DNA from: an uncultured Clostridia bacterium
GTDB taxonomy: Bacteria; Bacillota; Clostridia; Christensenellales; UBA1242
DNA length: 61,544 bases
Assembly (NCBI GenBank): GCA_944351415.1
Contig: CALVPQ010000006.1
Location: forward strand, 1-61,544
Reading direction: 5' to 3'
Under the pieces are notes generated by a model that worked only from the letters and a program-made list of their open reading frames with translations, was not told the DNA's origin and made no database searches. Below are positions 17,663 through 28,803 of this stretch, one piece after another. Numbering within the stretch: position 1 is the first letter of the stretch; each line of letters begins with the position of its first letter. The position numbers and the translations under genes were made by a program.

Positions 17663-20600
17663 TTAATCCTCCTGAGCATGCTTAATAGCATCTGAAAGAA
17701 GCACTGAAACAATCTTTGATACCCCTTTTTCTTCCATTGTAACCCCATAAAGTGCATCAGCATATTCCATTGTTGGTTTCTTGTGTGTAATCAGAATAAA
17801 CTGTGTGTCAGTTGAAAGTTTTTTGAGATACTTATCAACGATTTCAACATTTGTATCGTCAAGAGCCGCCTCAACTTCGTCAAACAAGCAGAATGGAAGT
17901 GGTTTAATACGAAGAATGGCAAAAATAACTGCCATTGCTGTTAAAGATTTTTCCCCACCTGATAATAGCGTCATGTTTTGGATTTTCTTTCCTGGTGGTT
18001 GTGCAAATATTTCAACACCTGAATCAAGCGGTTCATTTTCATCAGAAAGTGCAAGTTTTGCTGTTCCGCCACCAAAGAGTTCTCTGAATGTGAGTTTAAA
18101 GCTTTCGTTTATTCTACTTAGTTCGTTATTAAATTTTTCAATCATAATACCAGAAAGGTCTTTGATTATCTTATTTAAGTCGTCTTGTGCTTTTTCAAGG
18201 TCTTGTGCTTGTCCATTTAAATCATCGTATCTATCAAGAAGAGCTTTGCAATCTTCAATAGCATTAACATTAACATAGCCAAGAGCATTTATATCTTTTT
18301 TAAGCTTGCTTATTTCTGGCATAGCAACTTCTATATCAAAATCAGCCCTTCTTAAATCTAGACAAGTTGTATATGAAAGTGAATATTCTTCGTATATACG
18401 TTCTTGCATTTGTTCAAGTTCGGTATCTACTTTTGATAGATTCATCTCTTCTCTAAACTTTTTATCACGCAGTGAGGAAAGTTCGTCCATAAGCGAAGAT
18501 TTACTATTATCAAGTTGTTTGATTTTATCCTGCAATTTTGCCTTGTCGCTTTCTATATTAACTCTACGATTTATATGCTCCTCAAGTTCAATCTTTTTAG
18601 CCGAAGATGGAGCTGATGCAAGTTTTTCTTTTATCATAATTTCGCATGATTCAATAAATTCATTATTCTTCTTTATCTGCTCATCAAGATTTATAATATT
18701 AAGATTATAACGTCCTAAGTCATTTTCAATACGTTCAAGGTCACCCTTGACCGAATCAATTTTTGTTCTTATCTCGGCAATTTCAACTTTAACTGTTAAA
18801 ATGTTATTATTTATATCGTCTCTTTCAGCTCTAAGTTTTTCATATTTTTCTTTTTTCTCTTTAATAAGTTCATCAGCATCGACTTTATTGCCGGATAATG
18901 CACTTTCTATCTTTTCAGAACGAGAAAGTTCTTCTAAAATAAGTTTGATTTTATTTTCAACCGTTTCAGATTCCATCTCGGCAACTTTTATGTTATCCTC
19001 CGTCTCTTCAACGATAGTTCTAAATTTATTATACTTTTCTCTTTCCGAAGCTATTTCAATTTCTAAATTACTTTTTTGCGAATTTAAACTATCCAGAGCT
19101 TTCTTTTGAACTATGAAGTTTTGATTATTTTCCAAAAGCTCTTTCCCTATTTCTTCAATGCGTTTTTCAAGTTTTAAAATATCTATACCAAGGGTTTCAA
19201 TTTCGCGTTCACGTCCTATAAGATTCGAAGATTCCGCTTTTTTACTTCCACCTGTTAAAGAACCTTGAGGTGCTATAATTTCACCATCAAGAGTAACAAT
19301 TCTAAATGCATATTTTGTTTCCCTTGCAAGGCTTATTGCAGTTGTCAGATTATCAACAATTGCAGTTGCACCCAAAAGATTACTAACAACATTATCTATT
19401 TTTTTATCATAATCAACAAGTGAACTTGCAATACCATAGCAACCAGTTTTTCCTGCTATAAGTCTTTCATCAAAAGTTCTTCGTTTCATAGAAGATATAG
19501 GAAGAAATGTTGCTCGTCCAAAAGAATTTTCTTTTAAAAATCTTATAAGTTCTTTTGCACCATCTTCATCATAAGTTACTATGTTTTGAACGGCTCCACC
19601 AAGAGCAACTTCAATAGCAGTTTCAAACTTTTCTGGCACTTTGATAAGCGAAGCAACAACACCGACTATACACTTTTTTAAAGTTGCATTTTTCTCGCTT
19701 TCACGAAGAAGTTTTTTTACTGCAAATGTATAGCCTTCATATTCGTTTTGCAAGTCAGTTAAAAGTTTCTTTCTATTTTCAAAAACTTTAATTTGAGTAT
19801 TTATATTTGCTTTTTCATTATCAAGTTCTCTTAGCTTTTGTTCTGCTATATAGTTTTTACTTGCAAGAGATTCTTGCTTCTCTTTTATATCTTCAAGTGC
19901 TTTTTCTTTGTCACCGAGCAAGGTTTTACTCTCATTTAAAAGATTAACATTCTCTTCTTTTTTCTTAGATAAAGAGTTAATATCTTCTTTTAAATTTGTA
20001 AGATTGGTTGAAAGAAGTTCTTTCTCTGCCATAAGACGAGATACCGAACTTTTAATATCACTTAGAGAACCAAGAGTTTCAATAATCTTCTGTTGCCCTT
20101 GTCCTGCCTCGTCTTCGCTTAATGTTAACTCATTTGCTATTTTTGAGTATTTTTCAGAAAGCTCGTCAAAAGATTTTTCAAGGGCTTCAAGGTCTGAATT
20201 TAACTCTTCTAATATTTTTTCTTTTGATGTTTTTTCCTCTTTGCATACTTCAATTGCTGTTTGATTATTTGTGCGGTCAAGATGCAATCTGTCATTTTCT
20301 TTATATGTATAATTTATACGCTCTCTAGCAATTTTTGTTTCACTTTCTTGCTTCTCTAAATTCACAGTAAGTTCCAATATTTCATCATTTAGTTTAGCAA
20401 GCATTTTGTCAAAATTTGTTAAGTCAAACATAGCCTGGTCATATTCGGACGAAGTTTTATCAAGGTCTTGTTGACGCATATCTATTTGTTTATTTAAAGC
20501 ATCAAGTTTTATATTGATTTTTTCTTTGACGTCATTTGCATTTTCATATTGATATATATAAGCATTTACTTCTAAATCCTTAAGTTTACCTTTATATTCA

Positions 20601-21247
20601 AGATATTTTTTTGCATTTTCAGCTTGCTTTTTTAATGGCCCCATCTGACGCTCTATCTCAGACAAAATATCCTTTACACGTGTTAGATTGTCAGTGGTTC
20701 GTTCAAGTTTTCTTTCAGCCTCTTTTTTATCATTTTTGTATTTAGAAATACCGGCGGCATCTTCAAACATTGCTCGTCTATTTTCAGGTTTTGCATCTAC
20801 AAGTTCGGTTACTTTGCCCTGACTTACTACTGAATAACCATTTTTTCCAAGTCCACTATTATATAAAAGATTTGTAATATCACGTAAGTGACAGGTATTA
20901 CGATTTATAAGATATTCGCTTTCACCAGAGCGATATAATTTTCTTGTGATTGCAAGCTCATCATAATCAAAATTAAAAAAACGTGTTGTGTTATCAAAAG
21001 TTAAAGTTACTTCACAGTAAGATAAACTTTTTCTTTTTTCTGTTCCATTAAATATAACATCTTGCATACTGTCGCCACGTAAAGTCTTTGGGCTTTGTTC
21101 ACCTAAAACCCAACGTATAGCATCTGAAACGTTACTTTTACCACAGCCATTTGGACCAACTATTGCTGTGAAATTATCATTAAATTCTATTACAGTTCTA
21201 TCTGCGAAGGACTTAAAGCCCACCATTTCTATCTTCTTAAAAATCAT
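17663..21247 (-). CDS. smc: Chromosome segregation protein SMC
   Basis: GPNGCGKSN Walker A, hinge GRATFLP, LSGGEK and DEVEAALD; long coiled coils. Confidence 0.98.
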   Translation of the reverse strand: MIFKKIEMVGFKSFADRTVIEFNDNFTAIVGPNGCGKSNVSDAIRWVLGEQSPKTLRGDSMQDVIFNGTEKRKSLSYCEVTLTFDNTTRFFNFDYDELAITRKLYRSGESEYLINRNTCHLRDITNLLYNSGLGKNGYSVVSQGKVTELVDAKPENRRAMFEDAAGISKYKNDKKEAERKLERTTDNLTRVKDILSEIERQMGPLKKQAENAKKYLEYKGKLKDLEVNAYIYQYENANDVKEKINIKLDALNKQIDMRQQDLDKTSSEYDQAMFDLTNFDKMLAKLNDEILELTVNLEKQESETKIARERINYTYKENDRLHLDRTNNQTAIEVCKEEKTSKEKILEELNSDLEALEKSFDELSEKYSKIANELTLSEDEAGQGQQKIIETLGSLSDIKSSVSRLMAEKELLSTNLTNLKEDINSLSKKKEENVNLLNESKTLLGDKEKALEDIKEKQESLASKNYIAEQKLRELDNEKANINTQIKVFENRKKLLTDLQNEYEGYTFAVKKLLRESEKNATLKKCIVGVVASLIKVPEKFETAIEVALGGAVQNIVTYDEDGAKELIRFLKENSFGRATFLPISSMKRRTFDERLIAGKTGCYGIASSLVDYDKKIDNVVSNLLGATAIVDNLTTAISLARETKYAFRIVTLDGEIIAPQGSLTGGSKKAESSNLIGREREIETLGIDILKLEKRIEEIGKELLENNQNFIVQKKALDSLNSQKSNLEIEIASEREKYNKFRTIVEETEDNIKVAEMESETVENKIKLILEELSRSEKIESALSGNKVDADELIKEKKEKYEKLRAERDDINNNILTVKVEIAEIRTKIDSVKGDLERIENDLGRYNLNIINLDEQIKKNNEFIESCEIMIKEKLASAPSSAKKIELEEHINRRVNIESDKAKLQDKIKQLDNSKSSLMDELSSLRDKKFREEMNLSKVDTELEQMQERIYEEYSLSYTTCLDLRRADFDIEVAMPEISKLKKDINALGYVNVNAIEDCKALLDRYDDLNGQAQDLEKAQDDLNKIIKDLSGIMIEKFNNELSRINESFKLTFRELFGGGTAKLALSDENEPLDSGVEIFAQPPGKKIQNMTLLSGGEKSLTAMAVIFAILRIKPLPFCLFDEVEAALDDTNVEIVDKYLKKLSTDTQFILITHKKPTMEYADALYGVTMEEKGVSKIVSVLLSDAIKHAQED

Positions 21248-21387
21248 AAAAACCTCAATATATAAATAATGTTAAAAGGTTAACTCTTGACTTATAATTT
21301 ATAAATAAAATTGTCAAAAGAAAAATATACTCTTAAAGAGTATAACAAATTTTTCTTATTTTTCAAAGGGTTTTTTATAAAAATCTT

Positions 21388-22011
21388 CTAGCTTATTAAA
21401 AACAACCTGTCTATAGCCTTCTTTGCCGCCTGTTGCTCGGCTTCAATTTTACTCTTCCCTTTACCTGTTGAAATCTTATCTTCGTCCATATAAAAACTAG
21501 AAATAAATCCATCGTCAGATGCAATAGTCACGTATTGAATTTTGCATTTAAAATTTCCTTGCACAAGTTCTTGAAGCCTAGATTTGTAATTATCATCAAC
21601 TATAGATTTATAATTTTGAAGGTCAAAGTTTTCAAGCACAAATTTTCTAGCTTCTTTTATTCCATTTTCTCCAGCATCAAGATAAATCGCTGCAAGGATT
21701 GCCTCAACAACATCATCTTTAATTGCTTTAGAAATTTCACCCTGCCAGCTTTTCCCAAGCTTTACATCATTTTTTAAATCTAGCTTATCAAACACACTTG
21801 ACATATAGTTTTCAGAAACATAATGACTTCTAAGCACTGTAAGCCTTCCTTCATCTTCACCGCAATGTTCAAAGAAATATTCACCCACTAAAAAATCTAA
21901 AATGCTATCTCCTAAAAATTCTAATCTCTCATAGTTGTTAGTAGATTTAGAAGAGTGAGTTAATGCTCTTTCTAATAATTCTTTATTTTTAAATTTATAA
22001 TTAATCTTCAT
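21388..22011 (-). CDS. rnc: Ribonuclease III
   Basis: NYERLEFLGD, D..EA...AIYLD and a C-terminal dsRBD (G.GKSK.EAEQ.AA). Confidence 0.95.
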   Translation of the reverse strand: MKINYKFKNKELLERALTHSSKSTNNYERLEFLGDSILDFLVGEYFFEHCGEDEGRLTVLRSHYVSENYMSSVFDKLDLKNDVKLGKSWQGEISKAIKDDVVEAILAAIYLDAGENGIKEARKFVLENFDLQNYKSIVDDNYKSRLQELVQGNFKCKIQYVTIASDDGFISSFYMDEDKISTGKGKSKIEAEQQAAKKAIDRLFLIS

Positions 22012-22182
22012 TTTAATCCTTTTTTATAGTGAACAAATCGTATAAATAAATTGCAAAGGAATAACTTTATCAGTTTTTTATTTATAAAAAAGAAAATCAA
22101 TAGGCAAACTAGTTATATTAAAACTCGTATAAACTATAAAATTACCCTTTGTTATTTACTATTAAAAATATCTAATTATAAA

Positions 22183-23190
22183 CTACTTTTCACTTAAATT
22201 TAGATTTGCAATAGCATCTTCAATCTTCTTATTAAGATTATTTTCGTGAAGTTTTATAGTCTGTTCAATTGATGCACAAATATTAACACGGTTGCACCCA
22301 CCATGATTTTTAACAACAAGTTTTTTACACCCAAGAAGTGGTGAACCGGCATGTTTTTTTTGAACATCAACCCTTGCTTTAATTTCTTTAAATGTTTTTC
22401 CCATAAAAAGATAGCCAATCTTACTCCAGAAATGAGATTTTATGCTCTTTTTAAGTATAGAAATAACCGCAGTTACCGCTCCTTCAGTTCCTTTAAGCAA
22501 GGCATTTCCAGCAAAACCATCAGCAACCATAACATCAACATCACCACTCATAAAATCAAACCCCTCTCTATTACCTATAAAGTTTATAGGTGCATTTTTC
22601 AAAAGAGGAAAGGTTTCCTTTGCAAGTTCATTTCCCTTTTCATCTTCAACACCATTATTTAAAAGTGCCACTCTCGGAGCTTCTTTATTATAAATGATTG
22701 AATAATATGCAGAACCCATTAATGCAAAGTGCAAAAGATTAACAGGTTTACAGTCTATATTTGCCCCACTGTCTATAATAATAACATCAGTATCCTTTTT
22801 AGTTGGAAGTATAGGAGCAAGAGCTGGTCTTGAAATTCCCTTAATTCTTCCAATTTTCATTATAGCACCGGCAAGAACAGCACCTGTGCTTCCAGCAGTT
22901 ACTAGACCAACAACATCTTCCCTGTTTTTTAATACATCATAAGCAACAACAAGCGATGAGTCGCTTTTATGTCTAATTGCCTCTGTTGGAGCATCTTCAT
23001 TTGTGATAACTTCGCTTGCATTTACAATTTCAACTCTTTCATTACGACCATTTAGAATTTCTTTTATTTTGTCTTCTTTCCCACATAAAATAACTTCAAG
23101 TTCTTTGTGTTTTTGTAGTGCCAATAATGCACCTTCAATAACTTCAAGTGGAGCATTATCTCCGCCAAAAGCATCAACTACTACTTTCAT
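22183..23190 (-). CDS. plsX: Phosphate acyltransferase PlsX
   Basis: DAFGGDNAP, AGSTGA, DSGAN, DGFAGN. Confidence 0.96.
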   Translation of the reverse strand: MKVVVDAFGGDNAPLEVIEGALLALQKHKELEVILCGKEDKIKEILNGRNERVEIVNASEVITNEDAPTEAIRHKSDSSLVVAYDVLKNREDVVGLVTAGSTGAVLAGAIMKIGRIKGISRPALAPILPTKKDTDVIIIDSGANIDCKPVNLLHFALMGSAYYSIIYNKEAPRVALLNNGVEDEKGNELAKETFPLLKNAPINFIGNREGFDFMSGDVDVMVADGFAGNALLKGTEGAVTAVISILKKSIKSHFWSKIGYLFMGKTFKEIKARVDVQKKHAGSPLLGCKKLVVKNHGGCNRVNICASIEQTIKLHENNLNKKIEDAIANLNLSEK

Positions 23191-23457
23191 AATCTAGTCT
23201 CCTTTATTCAATATAACCTTCAAAGTATAAATTATAATAACAAAAATCAATAAATTATGCAACTATTTATTTTACCTTTTTAAAAACAGTGCAACTACAT
23301 TTCATTACTATAGGATAAATACTCAATTAATTTAAGATGCAAAAGTTACCATATATACTATTATGTCTTGCATATATAATACTATATATTGTATTGCATC
23401 TTCTTTTTGTTAATAAAAAGAAAAAGCTCTCCATATTCCATGAGAGCCTTTAAAATG

Positions 23458-23649
23458 TTATTTCTTTTCTTCTTTCTTTTCAATTATGGTTTCACCCTTA
23501 TAAGTTCCACATTTTTTACATACTGTGTGTGGCTTTTTCATTTCGTGACATTGTGGGCATTCAACAAGTGTAGGCATAACTGCTTTTGAGTTTGCAGAGT
23601 GTCTTGAATTTCGTCTTGCTTTAGAAACCTTATGCTTTGGAACTGCCAT
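23458..23649 (-). CDS. rpmF: 50S ribosomal protein L32 (Zn-binding form)
   Basis: MAVPK.KVSK.RR...CPQC...H.VC..CG.Y. Confidence 0.97.
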   Translation of the reverse strand: MAVPKHKVSKARRNSRHSANSKAVMPTLVECPQCHEMKKPHTVCKKCGTYKGETIIEKKEEKK

Positions 23650-23874
23650 TTTATCCTCCTTAAATTATATCCTTAAATACATTATGCTTTTTAATTATAA
23701 TTATTTTCTTTTCCTTTGTCAAGCATTTTTATAAAATATTACAAAGTTCACCTGTGTTTATCAGTTTAAAATAATGAATCCATCTAGTGTAGATTAATAA
23801 TTTTTTGCTAACTTTATAATATTATTTTACTTTAAATTAAATTTTTATTTAACATAAATTAAGTCTGCAGAAAT

Positions 23875-25074
23875 TTATTTGCTAATTAAAGCCTTTGTGT
23901 CTCTTGCAATTAAAAGTTCTTCATCTGTTGGTATCCTAAACACCCTAACTTTAGAATCACTTGTGCTAATTTCTTCTACAGTGCCACGTGGAAGATGATT
24001 ATTTTTTTCAACATCAATTTTAATGCCAAAATTTTCCATATCTTCAAGAGCACCTTCTCTTAAATCCTCTTGATTTTCTCCTATTCCACCAGTGAATACT
24101 ATTGCATCAACTCTTCCAAGCACAGCCATATAAGAGCCTATAAATTTCTTTACTCTATATATAAGCATATCAAGTGCGAGTCTTGCCCTTTTGTTTCCTT
24201 GTTCAATAGCTGTATTTAGCTCTCTCATATCACTTGAAACACCACTAACGCCTAAGATGCCACATTGCTTATTAAGATAATTTACAACTTCACTTGCACT
24301 CATGCCTTTCTTTTCTCCAAGATAACTTACAACTGTTGGGTCAAGGTCTCCTGACCTAGTTCCCATGATAAGTCCTTCAAGTGGTGTAAGTCCCATTGTT
24401 GTATCAACACTTTGTCCATTCTTAATTGCAGTTATCGATGAGCCATTTCCAAGATGCACTGTGATAATGTTAATGTCTTTAGGCTCTTTTCCTAAAAGTT
24501 TTGCAGTTTCTCCTAAAACATACCTATGACTTGTTCCATGAAACCCATATTTTCTTACATGGTATTTTTCATAATCTTCATATTTAATACCATACATATA
24601 AGCTTTGGCTGGCATAGTAGCATGGAATGTTGTATCGAAGATAACTGCTTGTGGTGTGTTTGGCATAAGTTCATGACAACCCAAATATCCAGCCATATTT
24701 GCGTGTGCATGAACTGGAGAGAGGTCTGTAAGCTGATTTAATTTTTCAACAACACTATCATCAATAAGCACGCTCTTATCAAACAACCAACCACCTTGAA
24801 CAAATCTATGTCCAACCGCATCAATTTCAGAAAGGTCTTTAATTACCCCTTCTTCCTTATCCGTTAAAATATCAAAAACAGCTTTTACTGCAACTTTATG
24901 GTCAGGTATTTTTATAACCTTTTCTTTCTTCTCTCCAGTTGTTTTATAACCTACAAAAGAGCCTTCTAGCCCAATTTTTTCGCAGTTTCCTTTTGCTATA
25001 ACTTTCTCATTTTCCATATCAAAAAGTTGAAATTTTAATGATGAACTACCTGCATTGATTACTAAAATTTTCAT
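23875..25074 (-). CDS. ackA: Acetate kinase
   Basis: INAGSSSLK, YGFHGTSH, HLGNGSS, FTGGIGEN, IPTDEE. Confidence 0.97.
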   Translation of the reverse strand: MKILVINAGSSSLKFQLFDMENEKVIAKGNCEKIGLEGSFVGYKTTGEKKEKVIKIPDHKVAVKAVFDILTDKEEGVIKDLSEIDAVGHRFVQGGWLFDKSVLIDDSVVEKLNQLTDLSPVHAHANMAGYLGCHELMPNTPQAVIFDTTFHATMPAKAYMYGIKYEDYEKYHVRKYGFHGTSHRYVLGETAKLLGKEPKDINIITVHLGNGSSITAIKNGQSVDTTMGLTPLEGLIMGTRSGDLDPTVVSYLGEKKGMSASEVVNYLNKQCGILGVSGVSSDMRELNTAIEQGNKRARLALDMLIYRVKKFIGSYMAVLGRVDAIVFTGGIGENQEDLREGALEDMENFGIKIDVEKNNHLPRGTVEEISTSDSKVRVFRIPTDEELLIARDTKALISK

Positions 25075-26058
25075 TTATTTATCCTCCTTTATTGTTTGCA
25101 GAACAGTTACTGCTGTTACAGTTACTATATCTTCCGGGCTACAGCCACGAGATAAGTCGTTCACAGGCTTATTAAGACCTTGCAAAATAGGTCCAATTGC
25201 ATTTAACCCGCCAATATATTGCATTGTTTTATAACATATATTTCCACTATTCAAATCTGGGAATATAAGTATATTTGCATCTCCTTTTATGGCACTCTCA
25301 GGTGCTTTATGTGCAGCAACTGACTCAACCATCGCGGCATCAAATTGAAGTTCTCCATCGCATGGAATTCCTGTCTTCTTAAATTTTTCATAAGCCTGTT
25401 TTACAATTTCTACACTTTCATCTTTTGCTGAACCTTTGCTTGAAAAAGATAAAAATGCAACTTTTGGGTCTTTAAGCCCAAGACTTTTATATGTTTCAAC
25501 ACTTTGACAGGCTATTTGATAAAGTTCATCTGCTTTTGGGTGCATAATAACACCGCAGTCCGCTATAATTAAAGTTTTATCCTTCAAAAATTTATTTTTG
25601 CCATACATTAAAAAGCATGATGAAACAACTCCGCCCTTCTTCTTTGCTTTAATAACTTGAAGAGCTGGTCGAACAGTGTTTGCAGTTGAAGCTTCAGCAC
25701 CAGCAACCATACCATCAGCAAACCCAGCATCTACAAGTAATGTTGAAAAATAGTAAGGGTCCTCAGTAAGTTTTTGAGCCTCTTCATAAGTCATACCCTT
25801 ATCCTTACGTTTTTCATACAATCTCTTTGCCAAATCATCTTTATTTTGAAAGGTCTTTGGGTTAATAATTTGAAATTCTAGAAGAGATTTGTCTCTTAAA
25901 ACAAGAGCACTTTCATCTCCAATAAGAATTGGGTGAGCAATTTTCTTTTTTTGAATATATTTAACAGCTTCTATTGTTCTATCACTAAAACCAGCTTCTG
26001 GAAAAACTATAGTTTTTTTAAGCTCTTCCGCCTTTCTATATAAATCTTTAATTTTCAT
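25075..26058 (-). CDS. pta: Phosphate acetyltransferase
   Basis: IVFPE, DGELQFDAA, FPDLNSGNI.YK, PVNDLSRG. Confidence 0.96.
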   Translation of the reverse strand: MKIKDLYRKAEELKKTIVFPEAGFSDRTIEAVKYIQKKKIAHPILIGDESALVLRDKSLLEFQIINPKTFQNKDDLAKRLYEKRKDKGMTYEEAQKLTEDPYYFSTLLVDAGFADGMVAGAEASTANTVRPALQVIKAKKKGGVVSSCFLMYGKNKFLKDKTLIIADCGVIMHPKADELYQIACQSVETYKSLGLKDPKVAFLSFSSKGSAKDESVEIVKQAYEKFKKTGIPCDGELQFDAAMVESVAAHKAPESAIKGDANILIFPDLNSGNICYKTMQYIGGLNAIGPILQGLNKPVNDLSRGCSPEDIVTVTAVTVLQTIKEDK

Positions 26059-26245
26059 ATTTGTCCCCTTCTAAACATGCTGTAATTTGAATAAATTATT
26101 AATAAATAAAAAAATAGTCCAAGCCTTCATTTTATCAACTAGGTTTTTAACTATAGGTTTTTATTTATATAAAAATCCATAATTCTCTTACACTAATTTA
26201 ATTATATTATTTTGGTATTATCTTGTCAAATCTTTGGAGCAATTA

Positions 26246-27169
26246 ATGAAAAAATATAGTTTTATTTTATCACTTTTTGTTTTATATGTAATTGTAAATA
26301 TGGTTCTTTCTCCAGAACTTTATATAAAACAAACTCTTAACGGCATCACTGCTTGGGCTTTTAATGTACTTCCAAGTGTTCTCCCTTTTATGCTTTTAAC
26401 AAAAATCCTTTCTTCACTTGGGGAAATTGAAAAATTTTCAAAAATATTTAGTAAACCAAGCAGTAAATTATTTAAAACCCCAGCCATATCATCTTATGTT
26501 TTCTTTATAAGCATATTGTCAGGCTACCCTGTTGGAGCCAAAATGACCGCAGACCTTTATGAAACAGGAAAAATCAGTAAAAGTGACGCATTTAAAATGA
26601 CTAGCTTTTGTTCTACATCTGGACCTATGTTTATAATTGGTGCAGTGGGAATTGGAATGCTTAAAAATGTTACTTATGGCTATATAATCATGATTGCACA
26701 TATTGTTGGAGCACTTCTTAATGGACTTTTATATCGCTCAATAAAAATTAAAAGCAATACACCTGCATTAAAAAATAAAGAAAGTAAAAATAATATTGAC
26801 CTTTCTGGTATAGTTTTAGACTCTGCCTTAAGTATTATTTCCGTTGGCACAATAATTGCAATATTTTTTGTAATTATAACATCTCTTTCCCCTATTTTTA
26901 GTCTTTTCCCTTCACATATTACTGGTATTTTAGAAGGTATTATAGAAATAACAAAGGGTTGTTATGATATTTCATCATCATTAAATGGAATATGGGCTGT
27001 TGTTGCATGCACTTTTGTTATAAGTTTTGGCGGAATTTCAACCATCTTACAATCAATCACTATGCTCAATAAACTTGATATGCCAATCAAACTTTTTGTA
27101 TTGCAAAAGTTCACTCATGCTGTTTTTGCAACCATTATAAGCATAATTTTATTATTCATATTTTTTTAA
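26246..27169 (+). CDS. ylbJ: Sporulation integral membrane protein, YlbJ family
   Basis: VLPSVLPF, LSGYPVGAK, GPMFIIGAVG, EITKG, FGG.S...Q. Confidence 0.85.
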   Translation: MKKYSFILSLFVLYVIVNMVLSPELYIKQTLNGITAWAFNVLPSVLPFMLLTKILSSLGEIEKFSKIFSKPSSKLFKTPAISSYVFFISILSGYPVGAKMTADLYETGKISKSDAFKMTSFCSTSGPMFIIGAVGIGMLKNVTYGYIIMIAHIVGALLNGLLYRSIKIKSNTPALKNKESKNNIDLSGIVLDSALSIISVGTIIAIFFVIITSLSPIFSLFPSHITGILEGIIEITKGCYDISSSLNGIWAVVACTFVISFGGISTILQSITMLNKLDMPIKLFVLQKFTHAVFATIISIILLFIFF

Positions 27170-27287
27170 CAATTAAAAAACAGCAGTAACATAATCAAAC
27201 TGCTGTTATTGACTAAAAAATAAATATTTAAAAAACAAACTATATTTATTACCTACTGCTTTTATCTTAAATAAAAATTATACAAAC

Positions 27288-28031
27288 TTAGATATTTAGA
27301 ATATCCAATATTTCCTTTACTAAAAACTTTGCTTGTTTTGCTTTACAAGCTTTAAGAGCAAGCCCTAGAGAATATGTAACCTCGCTATCTCGTAGTTCTG
27401 TTGTCTTAACAAGAGCTTTGCATACTGTTACTGCATTAACATTATTTTGTGAATTATTATAATATTGCAGTTCACTTATAATTTGCACTGCAATTTTTTG
27501 AATGCGTAAGAAATCATCGCCATAATCATCACCTTCATTTTCATTATCAAGATTATTTTCTTCAGGCTCTTCTTCTGCTTCTTCAGATTCTTCTTTTACT
27601 TCTTGTTTTTGCACTTCAAGCTTAGGATAGCCAAAAACTTCAGCAAGTAAATTTCTAAATGGGATAACCATGCTATCCATAAAAGCCTTGAAAGGATTTT
27701 CTTCTCTGCCGTAGAATCTTTTTATAAAATCAACTAAGTCCACTTTTTTATTATCCATATCCACAAGCATACAAAAAACAAAAGCTATCACCTTATATTC
27801 TTCTGTTGGCATAAGACAAATGTATTCACCATGCCCATCTTGTATGAAAGCCTTAGAAAACTCTCTATCTCTATTAAATTGTTCTAAACATTCTCCTACA
27901 AGTGAACAAAGTTCCTCGTTTTGAGCTAGCAGTTGAAGCATACGTTGAAGTTTATATTCAGCAACCAAAAACTTGCAGTTTATAAAGTCATCACAAGCAT
28001 CAAAGAACTCTTTTAATTTATTCTGTTCCAT
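27288..28031 (-). CDS. Hypothetical protein with an acidic linker
   Basis: Long ORF, GAGG RBS before ATG 28031; no family recognised. Confidence 0.65.
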   Translation of the reverse strand: MEQNKLKEFFDACDDFINCKFLVAEYKLQRMLQLLAQNEELCSLVGECLEQFNRDREFSKAFIQDGHGEYICLMPTEEYKVIAFVFCMLVDMDNKKVDLVDFIKRFYGREENPFKAFMDSMVIPFRNLLAEVFGYPKLEVQKQEVKEESEEAEEEPEENNLDNENEGDDYGDDFLRIQKIAVQIISELQYYNNSQNNVNAVTVCKALVKTTELRDSEVTYSLGLALKACKAKQAKFLVKEILDILNI

Positions 28032-28139
28032 ATTAACCTCTTGTTTGTATTTTACCATACATTAATAAAAAATCAAACAAATTAAAGATAGTTATTTAAA
28101 AAAATTTGATTTCTAAAAAAAACATGGTATAATATTTAA

Positions 28140-28697
28140 ATGGATAAGATACTTACAGATAAAGAACAAATTGTTTTAGACAAACTTATCATGCTTTTTG
28201 TTATTGACAAGATGGAAATACCTTTAACAGAAGATTCTATTCTTGACGTTTGTAGTGTCAAAAATACTTGGATAAAAAATTACATGGATTGCAAAGCAAT
28301 CATACATGATTTAGTTGATACAAACCTTTTATATATAATTGGCGATGCAAGTGACGATAAAGAACTCTTCGCTCTCACTTATGAAGGAAGAGAATGTCTA
28401 TCCCATCTTTATAGACGTATTCCGCTTGCTATTCGAGAAGAAATATCTGCCTACTTACAAGCAAATAGACTTAATGTTAAATCTTCACAAGAGTATAGTG
28501 CAACCTATTCTAAGAATGAAGATGGTTCATATAATGTTGAGTTAAAAATATATGAACCACTTATAACTCAACCTATGTTTATTTTGAATATAAAAGCACC
28601 CTCTCGTCAAGCCGCAAACGAGGCTATCCACAAGTGGAAGATAAATGCCCCTATCATATATGAAACGATATATGAAAAGTTAATAAATACTGATTAG
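28140..28697 (+). CDS. DUF4364-family (winged-helix-like) protein
   Basis: KLI.LF...K...PLT, LT..G...L...RIP, A.Y.K...G.Y.V.L.I pattern. Confidence 0.7.
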   Translation: MDKILTDKEQIVLDKLIMLFVIDKMEIPLTEDSILDVCSVKNTWIKNYMDCKAIIHDLVDTNLLYIIGDASDDKELFALTYEGRECLSHLYRRIPLAIREEISAYLQANRLNVKSSQEYSATYSKNEDGSYNVELKIYEPLITQPMFILNIKAPSRQAANEAIHKWKINAPIIYETIYEKLINTD

Positions 28698-28803
28698 ATT
28701 CGGTTGCGAAAATTAGTTATTAAAAAATAATCAATATATATTAAATACACATCATAAAAGACCATGTAGTTATGGTCTTTTTATAAAATTTAAAACAATT
28801 AAA

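Noticed and set aside
17781-20328. Several plus-strand ORFs inside smc
   Set aside because: Ser/Leu/Phe-rich antisense shadows of a coiled-coil gene, with no RBS
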